A stretch of 63,755 bases of DNA, filler included, from Perkinsus chesapeaki ATCC PRA-425 (lineage: Eukaryota > Protista > Perkinsozoa), in the NCBI GenBank assembly GCA_013115145.1. It is 6 parts of 6 records of this genome, joined end to end, with 100 filler letters (N's around TTAATTAATTAA, not from the genome) between each part and the next. Parts side by side here need not be neighbours in the genome. Positions count along the whole stretch, not along the records: positions 1 to 25,133 come from JAAPAO010000533.1; 5 more parts are not named here. One strand, given 5' to 3'. Both the position numbers and the translations under genes were made by a program. Position 1 is the first letter of the stretch. Each line of letters begins with the position of its first letter. The notes under the pieces are model-generated. The model was given only the letters and a program-made list of their open reading frames with translations, searched no databases and was not told the DNA's origin. Below are positions 12,581 to 25,233 of this stretch, piece by piece.

Positions 12581-15100
12581 TTATATAGGACTTCTGTTAC
12601 CTATGGCCAAGTTCAACCGTACAGATCGTACAGAGCTAAATAAATTCGAAAGGGAGTAATATCCTTTATAGTGCGGGAGATGGTAGATATCTTTCAGTTC
12701 TAACCTAACATGGGCTGAATTACACAGTCTAAAGGATCGTATACAGTACCCGGACATGCCACACTCAATGCCACGTATTAGGCTATTATTAATACCTATT
12801 ATTGCTGTTGTTATTAGAAACTCTAGTGCAGCATATACCAGACTGTATGGCGGAGTTCTACTCACTTGAACGGTGCTTGGATTATGGTATACAAAGGGAG
12901 CATCCTAGACGACCGTAATAGAGCTAGTTGGATATGTACATAGGGTAAGTGACAGGTATGCAAGGCTGATAGGATGTAAGGCGACACATTTGATATTTGA
13001 ACGATGTGTACGGCGGAGGGATACTAGGATAATGAAGGAGATAACACAGTAAAGATTGGGATGATTTGACGGAAATATGGTATTGATAGATGGGAGAGAT
13101 CGGCTATATCAGAGCTATCGGATACGGCTAAACAGGAATATGTAGAAGGGCTAGAGCGAAGGCAGCGTTACTATGAGTAATATAGAGAGAAAGTCGGTAT
13201 TATAGGAAAGAGTAATGCAGGTACTTATCAGACCAATCCAAGCAGAAGGACAAGCAAAAGTTCTATGATAGACAGTATACACATATACTGGATAGGGTTA
13301 TCAATGTTAAGGAGGTATTAGGGCTACCATTGGATGATAATGAACAATCAAGGGTAATATAGTAATATAGAAGGTGCGGAGTTAGTGTAGGTTAAACAAA
13401 ATAAAAGGGGTGGCACAACACATAATTTGGATACCATAATAAGGACATTTACACATAGATTGGATGCTAATAATAAAGGGAAGTATAAGGACGTTAATAG
13501 CCCTATATTTGGTTAGTAGCTTTTGGTGGTTAATGATTATCATGTTTCTGAATGCACTGCATGTTGTGTTTTCTATGAGTATTATTAGTGTTATAATGGC
13601 ATTATAAATGGATGGGGTTGATAGGACATGCAAGAATAGTTTCTGGAGAGAGTAAGGGTGCCTTAGTGACCATGCTCTGGTATAGTCTACTATCTCAGTG
13701 ATCTCCCAAGCGCTAATCTATTCCTTCATTACAAGGAGCGTTATACCCTACCTGAGCTACCCCGCCATATGCCTAGTAAGCCCAGTAGCATCTTCCTGTT
13801 ATCTATTCTATAAGTCTCAGTGGCAGTAGTAGATGGTATTGGTGATTGTACAGGGCCGGCTGCAACTCTCGAGCAATGTGTTGAATATAGGGCTATGGGG
13901 CCTAGGAAGTATAATAATGATAATTATAAAGCACATAGTGCCCTTCTAGGGGTTTAATGACATGTCAAGCTTTAGCACAACTATTTGGTAAATGTATACA
14001 ATCGAGGGATAGGAAGATTATGACAGCTGTTACTAAGTACTACAGGGAGGGGGTGGTGCAGGAGGAGCGTAAAAGACATAGTTTATTACCTGTGCAGCAT
14101 TGATAGATGAAAGATTCCGAGTCTGGCGTCCATTCCATCAGACGTGTCCCAATTTGCGCGCCTGTATATGTTGTTGGTCCATATCATTATTACATTTACA
14201 TGTATGCCTTGTATCTTGATACATACGATGAAATGACATCGTGGAACTACAGGGTGTCCCAAAAAATGAGCTTTTTTGAATAACTTCCTCAGGACGGCGA
14301 ATATCTCGACGACACATGCGTCGTTCGAAAGCCCTCGAGAGTAACTTTCTAACGGCATACGGCCCATGATGATATTCGATTGGGTTGGCGAGAAATCTAA
14401 ATTTTAAAATTCCAAAAAATCGGTTTCAATGGAAGAGGTCAGATTTTGGCAATTGTAAAATTGGTTTGATACCACCTTGAGAGGTGATAATGAATGATCT
14501 TTAGCTGTCGGTGGTGAGATGTCCAATTTAAAGAAACTCTAAAAGGAAGCACCCTGTATATCAGACATTACCTATTCTTACATGTCAGATGGGAAGTGAG
14601 GTCCGTCTCTACTATGACAGATGATGCCAAACGAGAGTATCTGGCCAGTCTAGAGGTCGAGAAAAGACACTATATGTACTAATGATATCATGATCTGGTA
14701 TAATGGTAAGGATTTCAGGCGATTGGCTGATATGTGTTATTCAAGGGAACGTAGAAGGATGTATGATAGACAATATACTCACCTCCTTGACCGGTCTATT
14801 GCTATTAAAAAGTCACTAGGAGTAAGCTAATAATGGCAATAGTAATGTAATGGTAATAATAGATGGAACTACAAGAGCATGAGGTTGACAGAGATGGACA
14901 GAATAAGCGGGGAGGTCGATCCAGTACTATGGAGAAAGTTGTAGAGAAGTTACATGGTAGAAGGGCATCTCAAGAGGCCCGGGATTATAACTATGCCATG
15001 TATAAGTTCTCTGCTACTACTTGACATCGACATTATTAGTCATCCTTCATCAACATTCTTCTTGTGTTTGTTATTACTGTGTGATCCGGAGATTCTGGTT
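12581..15100 (-). CDS. Probable multi-exon hypothetical gene
   Basis: Alternating exon-like blocks and GT-AG introns on the minus strand (e.g. QSPEILTIIPDHDIISTYSVFSRPLDWPDTLVWHHL). No family recognised. Confidence 0.3.
14248..14558. mobile_element. Tc1/mariner-type MITE (307 bp plus TA duplication)
   Basis: TA|CAGGGTG (14250-14256) ... CACCCTG|TA (14550-14556). The internal sequence is compositionally unlike neighbouring introns. Confidence 0.75.
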
Positions 15101-15334
15101 TTATCGACTAAGTCTGTATCACTTGCCCAGCTCTTGTGAGCTCCTAAGACTGGCTCTCAGTTAATAGCCTCAAGCGGTGAGCTTCGAAGGTGTCGTAAAC
15201 AGTGTTTATCAAGTACATGGTATACGGTATGGAACAGTAGACCGCCAAACTGTAGTCCGTACTGAGGGACTTGTTGAATGGTATTATTACTCAACATACT
15301 AATATGAACTGAAACCGTACATAATGTATTTCGC

Positions 15335-16997
15335 TTATTCCGCTTTAACCTGCTTCTTCATTTCTACCTTCCCTTCCTCACCATTGATCTTCCTCTTCGG
15401 CTTTCGCACTAATCTAGGTAATAATACTATAACCATAATATGCCATATATGTCCAACAAAGTATACCGATCTCCACACAGCAATGGTGGTACCGAACTCC
15501 AGCATAACCTGACCTGTACCATAATAATTAAGGGAGAAGAAAGTCTGTGCCCAAGCAAAGAAGGCATATAAGGGATAGAGCTTGGCATAGGGAGCATTAT
15601 CACCATAGAACATAGGACCTATTAAATGCCTACCAAGGCTATCGGCAGTGGACTCGAGGATTGTACCTGATAAAGAGGAAATGGAACGAGGAACGCAAAT
15701 AACAAGTTTATATTAAATGGAAAAATATAAGAAAAAAATATTTCCCATTTTTCACGTTTTTTATCAATACGAATTTCTGGGAACATAGAGAGTGATGCTG
15801 CTAATACGAATGTAGCTGAGATACCCTGCCCCTCCCCTCCTTATTACATAGGAAAAATAGATAATATCCAGGATAAAAGCCATGCCAGAATGCACTAATA
15901 GTCCTTGTTATTAAGGTAGCAAAGTCCTTAGAGCTCATAAAAGTAATAAAGGATGGTTTAGTTACACGTTGGTAGACGTAATACTTCAGCCATTCAGCAA
16001 CACGTGTATTCCAATTATTGAGGGCCTCGGGGGCATTCAAAGCGAACTCCACATGGAAGTAATCACCATTCTCGGCACGCTTGAAGGTTCGAGTTTTAGG
16101 ATCGGACAGACCAAATCCACAGGCATCACCGACAGCCTCGCATAGATACCAGCAGAAGAAAAACTTAGACCGATAGGAGCTGACGGTGACGCATAGTAGA
16201 GGCACTCGGATGAGGAAAGGTAGATTAAGGAACCAAGATGATGTTACTGTTGATACTGGAATATATGTATTAGCAATAAGCATTATTATACCGCAACCGG
16301 CGCATTTGGCCAATGCCTTTAATGTAGGGGGTACGGTACTGATGTGACTGAGCTCGGAAAAACAACCACGAAGGTAAACCCAGTCAAGATACTCACGGCA
16401 GAAGAATACAGGGCCGGTAAGGGCACCGAAAAAACCGAATATATAAGATAGATATGATACTATATCTGGTGTCTGTTGTAGGCAGTTATTAAGCCTGTAT
16501 TCTTGTTCATGTTTCTTGGTAGAGAGGGGCTTGCCTTCGTTAAGTAGTCTACCGTCATAACAGTCATAGGCAAATGTAGCGTATTTAGCAGTGAATATCA
16601 TAAGGGGCAATGTTACGTCTAATTTCCATCCAAGATAATCAACCTTCATTCTCCATAAATGGAAGGCGCTAAGAACAGCCATACTGTTGATGGCTACTAT
16701 AGATGGTCTATAAGGGAATAGTACCACAAAGAGGTAGTTCATAACACTAACTAGTAATACAACCATTGTATTCCATGGACCTTGTAATATATAGGTTAAT
16801 CCTAAACCAAGGCCTAGACTAGTATACAGCCTAATAGTGCCGTTATTCAATGTACGGAACCAAAAGGATATACCAATACTTAACAATAGACAACCAAGTA
16901 ATACTATCTGGTCAGGTGGGAACCCTATACCATCAGCAACAGCATTAATACCGCTGTTTAAGGGGCCTGGTAAATGAGTAAAGTCAGAAGATGACAT
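15335..16997 (-). CDS. MBOAT lysophospholipid acyltransferase (LPCAT3/Ale1/Oysgedart-like)
   Basis: NNWNTRVAEWLKYYVYQR and ISAFWHGFYPGYYLFF (catalytic His), plus YLSYIFGFFGALTGP and many TM segments. Confidence 0.95.
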
Positions 16998-17348
16998 TAA
17001 CAAGATTCAAACAGCTTGTCAGCAACTCAATTCACCACAGGCAAGCACAATCTTGACATCTTGAACAGTCTTGAGTTTCCTTAATTTCTATCACACAGTC
17101 CGTCCTGTACTTCACGAGCGAAAATCTTCTTCCTTCTCCGTTACTCTATCGGCTTGTGTAGTTTTACTATATAATCTTCCTCCTTTATGCTCCCATACCG
17201 CTCTTTCCTATGATTTAGTTTCTATAAAGGAATACATCGTCTGTATGTCACTGCAGCGCCCTGCATCACCTTGTTGTTATTTAGCTTAGTTAAATCGCTT
17301 AATACAGTCACCATCAGTTGTATTTATCGCTTTATACTAATTTCCCCT

Positions 17349-18665
17349 ATGACGGTCGATACTACTGGTATTGAGCAGCTTGTAAAGGAGATATCCTTCC
17401 TTGAAGCATCTGGTCAAGCCGACCCTAATGCGCCTGCAGACAGTCTCTGTGATTTGTTCGCTCGTACCAACCCAGACCTGTTGGACTCCTTGGTTGAGGT
17501 TATGAATAGTTGCAGCCACATCGATGATAACGCTTCGACTGCTGCCCCATCTACTGCTAGCCCTGGTCCTGGCCTTCTATCAAGTGATAGTGATCTCAAT
17601 GCACATTACTTCCAGCTTGGCGGGAGGTTCCCCCCTGCACCCGCCTCGGTGGTCTCTGACTCTGAGCTAGCTTACCGTAGACAACAGCAGCAGTCTTTGT
17701 ATCATCAACAGGCTACTACTAATAACAGTAATGGCTCATCTGGTCCCATGGTCCCTGTTAATGTTGAAGAGCTTTTGCGTACTGGTAACGATACAAGGAC
17801 AACTGTTATGATTAAGAGGATTCCTAGGAGGTAACTTCATAACACCTTCACCACGTGATGATTATCGTATGTTATTAGGTACACTGTCGCCATGCTACGA
17901 GATGAGATTGATCGTCGTTGTCCAGCCCTTAAGAATGGCGGTTATGATCTATTATATCTCCCTGTTGACACAGCTAAGGTAAGGTGAAGGCTGCTGCTAG
18001 TAGGTACGCTGTTGTTATTAACCGTCCTTTAGGTTGCCAATCGTGGATATGCATTCATTAACTTCCGTTCCCCAAAGCATGTCCTCGTGTTTGCCTCTGC
18101 ATTCCAGAACTATGAATGGCCTGGTCAACGTGCCCATGGTCCGCATCAACCAGCTAATGGTGAAGTTAAAATCTGTGAGATTTACTTTGCTCACATTCAA
18201 GGTCGAGAGGAGACCATACGAAGTGTCGATCCTACTGGTAACAAGAACGCCACCTCTCCAGCCTACCAGAGCATCGGTGACGATAAGTGTTGGGTGTTGG
18301 GCTATAACGAGCCACCAGGAGGATTCCAACATACTAGAAGGGGCTCCAACAAAGCACGTAACTTTATGTCATCATATGGTATGGGCAACAACAGCAGCAG
18401 ATCTGGTTACTCTTCTCGTCGATCTCGTAATGACCAATGTATGGTATGTGGTGGATCTCCTTCATCTGGTACCTGTATCTGTGCCTACTACCGTGCTAAT
18501 GCCTCGTTATCTAGTCTAACACATGCCCAGATCAATCAGTTAGCTGCTGCTAGTTCTGCTGCCTCCCCTATGGTAGACCCCTATCAGTTCTCGATCAACT
18601 CACCAGAGTTCATTCCGGCATCTGCCTCTTCCTCAGCTAGTCCGAGTGATTACCGTTTTTACTAA
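17349..18665 (+). CDS. Mei2-like RNA-binding protein (single C-terminal RRM3/RRM_2), copy 1
   Basis: DTRTTVMIKRIPRR|Y...GGYDLLYLPVDTAK|VANRGYAFINFRSP...CEIYFAHIQGRE; two introns. Confidence 0.93.
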
Positions 18666-19832
18666 TAGGCTTTTTGCCCATTTGTATGACGGTTATTGTT
18701 ATTACGTCGGTTGGCATTTGCTTATCATCATAATGAAGTCTGCCCCGGTAGAAACCGTCATTAGTCAACTGCTGCGCATGATCCTTAAGTGGGCGTCCTT
18801 GCCCATAGTGTAGACTACTACTTTATCGCAGCCCCTTGTTCTATGTTCCTTATACTTAGCTTCCCCGGTACTTGTTGGTAGTTACCTGAATGAACAGTGA
18901 TACTACCATCATCATTCGTACCTTTCATCTGTTCCTTATCTATTTCCCAGTCACCATCGGTGGTCGTCATCATCATACCATCACCAGGCGTGTTGTTGTT
19001 GCATCTCCCTTCTGTAGACTATTAAGGGTTCATCTATGTGTTAGGGCATCTAACGTGTGATTTTACTTGATACCAGCGATTACTAGTAGCATCACTGTTA
19101 TCTGTCCACCTATAAGACGACATCCCTGCCTATCTGCGTCGTTTTTCAACCGGTCTTCCGACAGAAATACAATAGTACTAGCAATATATCCTGTAATGAT
19201 ACCATGTCTTTATGGTATTATCATTATGCTTATTGGTATGTATTACTATAGAGTAGTGGGGTAGTAGTACGGTCAGTCTACTTACCTGTTCTATTCTGCT
19301 ACAGATGGGTATCATCATAACATTCAGCTTTGTCGTCTTGTTTGCTTCATTGACTTCAATAATTTCTCGGGTTTATCCTTATGAGGTTAGTCTTTGACCG
19401 ACTTCCTAGTGCGAGTTTAGTAGGGTATAGTACTATTTTTGCTATCCTTACTCGTAGGTAGATTGAACCCTAAAACATCATCGTCATCATGAGCAACAAC
19501 AGCCTTCTTTCAACTACCATTGTATCATCATTGGCTCAGCCTTGGGCGCTGAACTAAACCTTATGAAGGATATGCTCTTCATTGGCCTAGTAGTACAACG
19601 ACCTTCATTCCTTACCAACCAGTGTGTTGCTCATCACACAGTAGCCTGTTGTTGTTGAGCAGCTGCCTTGTGATGTTGTGTAGGTGTGCTAAATGCAATT
19701 TGCCTTTCGTCGAGCTATTCCTGTTTCCTCCAGTATCTTCAAGCTGCTTTGTGTAAGCTCAATTAGTACAAGCTTTCCTCATCTTTTGATACCTTATCGG
19801 AATAGGCATTTTTAATTGGTCAACTTTTAATC

Positions 19833-20602
19833 ATGTTGATGAATGGTATCATATCTTCGTCGTCGTATGATTCTAATATTGTCGATGATGCTAGTAACTT
19901 GTGGGAGATATTCTCCTCCCATCCAGAATTAGTATTACCTTTGGCTGCACATGTTGGCCGTTTACAGCTTGATGAAGGCCCTCTTAATAAGCCTCTAAAC
20001 CGGTCTAAGGATTTGCCTAATTCCAGTGAAGGGAAGACTACCGTCATGATCAAGAGGATTCCTCGCACGTAATCAAGTCGCTTTAACCGCGCGTTCATTT
20101 TATCTTCAGTTATACTGTGGCAATGCTGCGTGACGAGTTGGAAGCTGCCTGTCCTATGATGAAGCATGGAGGTTACGATCTTTTATATCTTCCAGTTGAT
20201 ACGGCTAAGGTAACTGTCATCTAGTCGGCTAGTGTGTTTTAATTGCTTGATCAGATAAGTAACCGCGGTTATGCATTTGTTAATTTTACATCTCATGAAT
20301 GCCTTTGTGCTTTCGTCGCTTCTATGCGCAATCGTCCATGGCAGAGATTCTCTCCTGGTTCTAAGCGATGCGCAGAAATCTATTTTGCTCATATTCAAGG
20401 GAGGGAAGATACTATACGTAACGTTGATCCCACTGGGAGCAAGAACACTACTTCACCAGCGTATCAGAGTATAGGTGACGAGAATGTCTGGGTTATGGGT
20501 TTTAATATCGAGCCTGAGTTAACTCTGGCTGGTGCACATCATCATCACCATCATCATCCTCAACTGGGTCTTGGTTGGATTCCTCCACCACGAGTTCGTT
20601 AG
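19833..20602 (+). CDS. Mei2-like RNA-binding protein, copy 2 (tandem paralogue)
   Basis: GKTTVMIKRIPRT|...GGYDLLYLPVDTAK|ISNRGYAFVNFTSH...CAEIYFAHIQGRE; same intron positions as copy 1. Confidence 0.92.
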
Positions 20603-20929
20603 AGTGGTAATTGTTATGGTGATATAAACGTAACATTGTCCGTGATGATCAGTATCCATCGCTTATTATTGTTGCATCCTCCTTTGGCCTATGCCTGATG
20701 TGATGGTGACATCTCTATTTTAACTGCTTCGCTTTTGGCAAACCATTACCCGTATAAGCGTCATCGGGTTATATTTGTTGGGTCTATATGCCCTGTAACA
20801 ATGATCTTTATGCTTCGTAACAACAACAACATCATCATCAATCTTAGTGTGATAGTGTGATAAGTCTCATAATTTAATTGCTTTGCGTTCAAGTAGACCA
20901 TCCCCATATATCATCAGTAATAACCCTGA

Positions 20930-22516
20930 TTATCTGATCCAGTACTGATGCGATTTCGCTATTTCCAGGGACACTATAAAACACAACACAGGAACCGCAG
21001 ACACCAGCAATAAGGCGCTGATGATCGAATCATGAAGTGTGATTAGTGAGTACTTTAGTAACGAGGTAAACGTCGGACAAAAAGTCCAATCCTCGGCAAT
21101 ACAGGCATTCAACCTGCCAACAGCTTCAAACGGGCAGCTGACATGCTGCGCTACCTCGAACTTCCGGCGACACGAAGTGAGATAGGCTACATCATCGGCA
21201 ACGGTCTTGGGAATATTTGTGGTATTTGAAGACAGTCTTTTTAAGAGAGTTTCATCGCATGATGACATCTCGATACCACAAGCATGGACAGGGATATCAT
21301 ATCTGAAAATGATGTTCAAATGATCCACTAGGCTGGACACCAGACTGTTTAATGTCCTTATGGCTTAGCCCAAGCCACCTTATTCCTGTAACACCTCGTC
21401 TGTAGGATAGATAGATATGTATACCATGGGGATCAAGATCACCGAGGTACCATATAGGTAGCTCTAAATTGCTCTAACAATCGATACAGTGTCGTAAAGG
21501 ATTCAATAATACCTTACCTGCTGCTTTGATACTTTTTGTAGAAGATTGAGAAATCTGATAGTCCTATAGTCAGGGTAACCACGTGCAGTAACAATAAAGC
21601 ACGGCAATCGGCCAAGGAGGAGATGTCGGCCACCTTGACTGAGTACCCTCTGACCATCGCAGCTTGTTGCAACTCTCTCTGTATCTTACTTGGAACACCG
21701 TATCTTTTTCGACAACAATAACATGTCGAGCTGACGAGTCAAATGCTGCGCAGTTCGCCACAAGGCTCTGCCACAAGAAGAGTCAAGAATCACGTAATCA
21801 AGTAACTTACCTCTGTTATTGTAATGCCTTGATCAGCTGCTTCTGTATTAAGTGTCAGGAGTTCCTTACGGGCATCATCAATACCATCGTTTGAGATAGC
21901 ATAAAATGTGGTATCTCTCGGGCCAGCAATGAGCCCTTTAGCGGTGCTCAGTATGCCAACTTCTAAACACTCTCGTGCATTCTCAACACAACTGTAGCAA
22001 ACTGACTATGTCTTTCCGTTTGGAGGATATCAACTGCCTCCATTAGGCGGGAGTTGAGGCGTGCTTGTGATGTGAACAGTTGTTGATGTGATCTAGAGGA
22101 ACCGAGGGATCTATAGAACCTGAAAGGGCAGGTGCAATATTCCCAGCGCCACATCAGCTTACAGTTCTCGCTGTGTAGCCGTTCGGCCATTTATTAATAA
22201 CTGTTGTATGATTTCAAATACATACCAAAGCTGACATAAATGCTTAACTCCTATTCCAGCACTGATGGTTATCTTCCTACTGCTATCACCACTGCACAGT
22301 ACCTACTCTCACAAACTTCTTTTTCTACGGTTCGACGCTCCATACAGGATGCCTTCCATCGCATGGACAGTTGATGTCGATGCAAACTGTTGCTCTGGAT
22401 TTATCGTTACAGTTTAGGCCTATTAGGTCTGCGTTCTCACAGAAATTAGAGAGCTTTTTAGTTAGTAGCCGAATATGTGTGAGAACTTCCGATTGGCTAG
22501 CTTGATGGGCTGTCAT
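20930..22516 (-). CDS. SPO11: Meiotic recombination protein SPO11 / topoisomerase VIA homologue
   Basis: Spliced TATQREL|FYR (catalytic Tyr codon 22113-22115, intron 22120-22162), LFTSQARLN, GILSTAKGLIAG, TOPRIM VIVVEKDTVFQ, CFIVTARGYPDYRT and YLGDLDPHGIHIYLSYR. Confidence 0.95.
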
Positions 22517-25062
22517 CGACAATGGAGAATGACTGCAAAAATAATCAAAATAAAATATTACAAAATAAAATGCAACTTAGTAAAGGGAGCTTCAAAACCT
22601 CATGAACAGCTTTGATCTCCGGTATTTCCTCATCGAGTGAGCATGCTTAAATGAATCTTTGTGAGATTGTTACCTATAACATGAAGAAAACGCTCCTCCG
22701 AGGAGCGAGGAGCCTCCTCGCTTTTGAGTTCGTGAGCAGCTCGCGTTGAGGTCCTCAACTTGAGGAGAATTCACTAGATTGCTCAAATGCGTGGAGGGGA
22801 TCGCGGAACAGTCAAATTTTCTTTCGTCTGAAATAGTGATGGCTAGGGGTTTTCCAGCCTTCTGATTAACATAGGATGAGTTTTGAGACGTTTCTCTCAC
22901 TCCAAACGCCCTCAAATCAGCTGGGAATTACTGGAAATTTGTTGTTCCTCAGCAATGTCTCCGCATCTCGATAGGGTTAGTACGCGGACAGTTTTCGCGA
23001 CATGATTCGAGCCGTGTCAAAACGCGGAGATAGTACATTCAACGATGTACAATGCACTATCCAAGTGCACTACGAACTTCGTACTAAGTGCAAAGTTCGT
23101 ACACAATTCGATAAGTCTACAAATTCTCAATATAACGGGACTCTCGTTGTTGAAGGGACATCTGGATTTGGGACTCTATTAGAGTCACTCTAAACTAAAG
23201 CCGGGTGTGAAATAGAGAATGAAGACAAGTTGAGAATGATTACTGAGTTGAGACCCTCACAGCCGCTACAGGTCATCGAGTTAGTAGAGTCCGTTGGACG
23301 GATGGGTCTCCACTTGATTCTGATCTCAAACTGCCGCCGAAACCGCACTAGTCCGGTCTCGGATTTGGAGTATAGATTCGGAGTCGGATTGAAGTTTGAT
23401 TCAAATCGAAGTGCACCACAGCTTCATCAATGATGATTGATCACACTATACTTGCGCAGTATGTTGAAGCCACTGGCTGTCACGCAGTCACCTCCAGCGC
23501 CAGCATGTATCACATCAACCATCGTCAAGAAAATCTCCTAGTCAGCTGCTACCACGATACTCGTGGCTCGAGTCTTCCTCGAGCCATAATTCCTTGTTGC
23601 ATGCGAAGGTAGCAGACTCGGAGTGGTACAGGCCGAGATTTTCTGACACCCAGTGGTCCGAATCTGAGGGCAACAAGAGTCTGATAGAGCCTAAGTCACG
23701 TTTTATTGTCGCGCATCCTGTAACTTGGTGCTCTGTTAGACGGGTTCAGAGGTCACCAACAGTAGCATGCTCAAGAGCGACTGAATTTGTGCGTAATGTA
23801 ATCTTCTCAGGCCCGGAGTCTAGATAAACTGGAGCCAGTGTTTGACCGGACGCGCTGCCCGAGGTACCGATCATCCGTAGCCGCCGGGTACTAGCCGGGC
23901 AAAGAATCGCTATTTAGACTAATTTAACAGACTGGACTAAACAGTTTAGTCCAGTCTGCTGCACGCAGCTTATCAGCAGCCCTTCCAGAGAGCCGATCCA
24001 GCTCCATAACCGCCTGATCGCATAATCTCCCTAATCGATCGGGGCTCCCGATCCCCCGCGGTTCATGGTCTGGAGGGACTCCATCCATTAATCAGTCCTA
24101 CCGTAGACCTCGTTGGCACAGACTGTGCCGCACAGCTCTTTTCCGGGAAAGTGTTCCCACGCATTCCGTGAGTCACAGACTGTGACACATAATTCCTAGT
24201 AGGATTCTCCTACGCATGCACCAGATCGGCTCGACCCATGTTTCGCCATTGGCGATCTGGTCGAGTCCATCTGGTGGCGAATCGCCATCACATAGCACGC
24301 CGGAATAGCTCTAGAATCACACCCCGCTTCGAACGAGTGTAACTTTCCTCGTCAAGGAAAGTGTCCTCCGAGGACACTGATCCCGGCGGAGAATGCTTGC
24401 GACTTTATGAAGTCATCGTATAATTTAGGGGACTGGCCGTTTGCTCTAAAACGGCGAACTTGACGGTGCTCCCAGTCAGTCCATCTAATTTTATTCCAAC
24501 CGCAAGACGCCTGAAAAAATTGTAGGAACAACATTGTAGCAAAACCATACGCAAAGTATGCATTATTTCCAACTCACATTTCTATCTCTTGACGTCTGTA
24601 CTCCAATCTCTTTAACCTTCACTTTTTCTGAAATTCACGCATTCTTACGTTCTTACTTCCTTTCTTCCTCCCTTGCCTTTCTCATTCTTCATTCTCGATG
24701 TCCTCGAGTCCCGGAACCAACGGATGTGAAACTTGAATCAGCCTGACTCAGGCTGATTCGGCAGAAGCCTCTACTAAAAATTAGTGAAGCTGAAACAAAG
24801 TCCAAACGTCGATGTATGCGAGCTTTGCAGAAGTCCCTCAGCGCGCTAACCAATGGTTAGTAACCATAGCCCTCCGGCAACGTCGTCAATAGAAGGTCTC
24901 ATCACTCTACCCCGTAAACCCGTATTCTACCGAGAGAAAAATGGATAACAATCGTTTAGTAAGCACAGGGTACCCTGTTGCGCATCGAATAGAGTAGTCG
25001 GACTAACCTAGTCCGTACACTCGATGTCAATTGTGTAAGTTACACAATTAGTGGCACAGTGG

Positions 25063-25063
<1 letters not shown>

Positions 25064-25133
<70 letters not shown>
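25064..25133. repeat. 70-nt poly-G at contig end (probable sequencing artefact)
   Basis: Homopolymer abutting the N spacer. Confidence 0.7.
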
Positions 25134-25233
25134 NNNNNNNNNNNNNNNNNNNNNNNNNNNNNNNNNNNNNNNNNNNNTTAATTAATTAANNNNNNNNNNN
25201 NNNNNNNNNNNNNNNNNNNNNNNNNNNNNNNNN
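25134..25233. other. Artificial contig spacer
   Basis: 44 N + TTAATTAATTAA (stops in six frames) + 44 N. Confidence 0.99.

Noticed and set aside
25064-25133. Poly-G as a G-quadruplex or telomeric feature
   Set aside because: A pure homopolymer at a contig edge is more simply a sequencing artefact.
25178-25189. TTAATTAATTAA palindrome recurring five times
   Set aside because: Synthetic linker centred in identical N runs.
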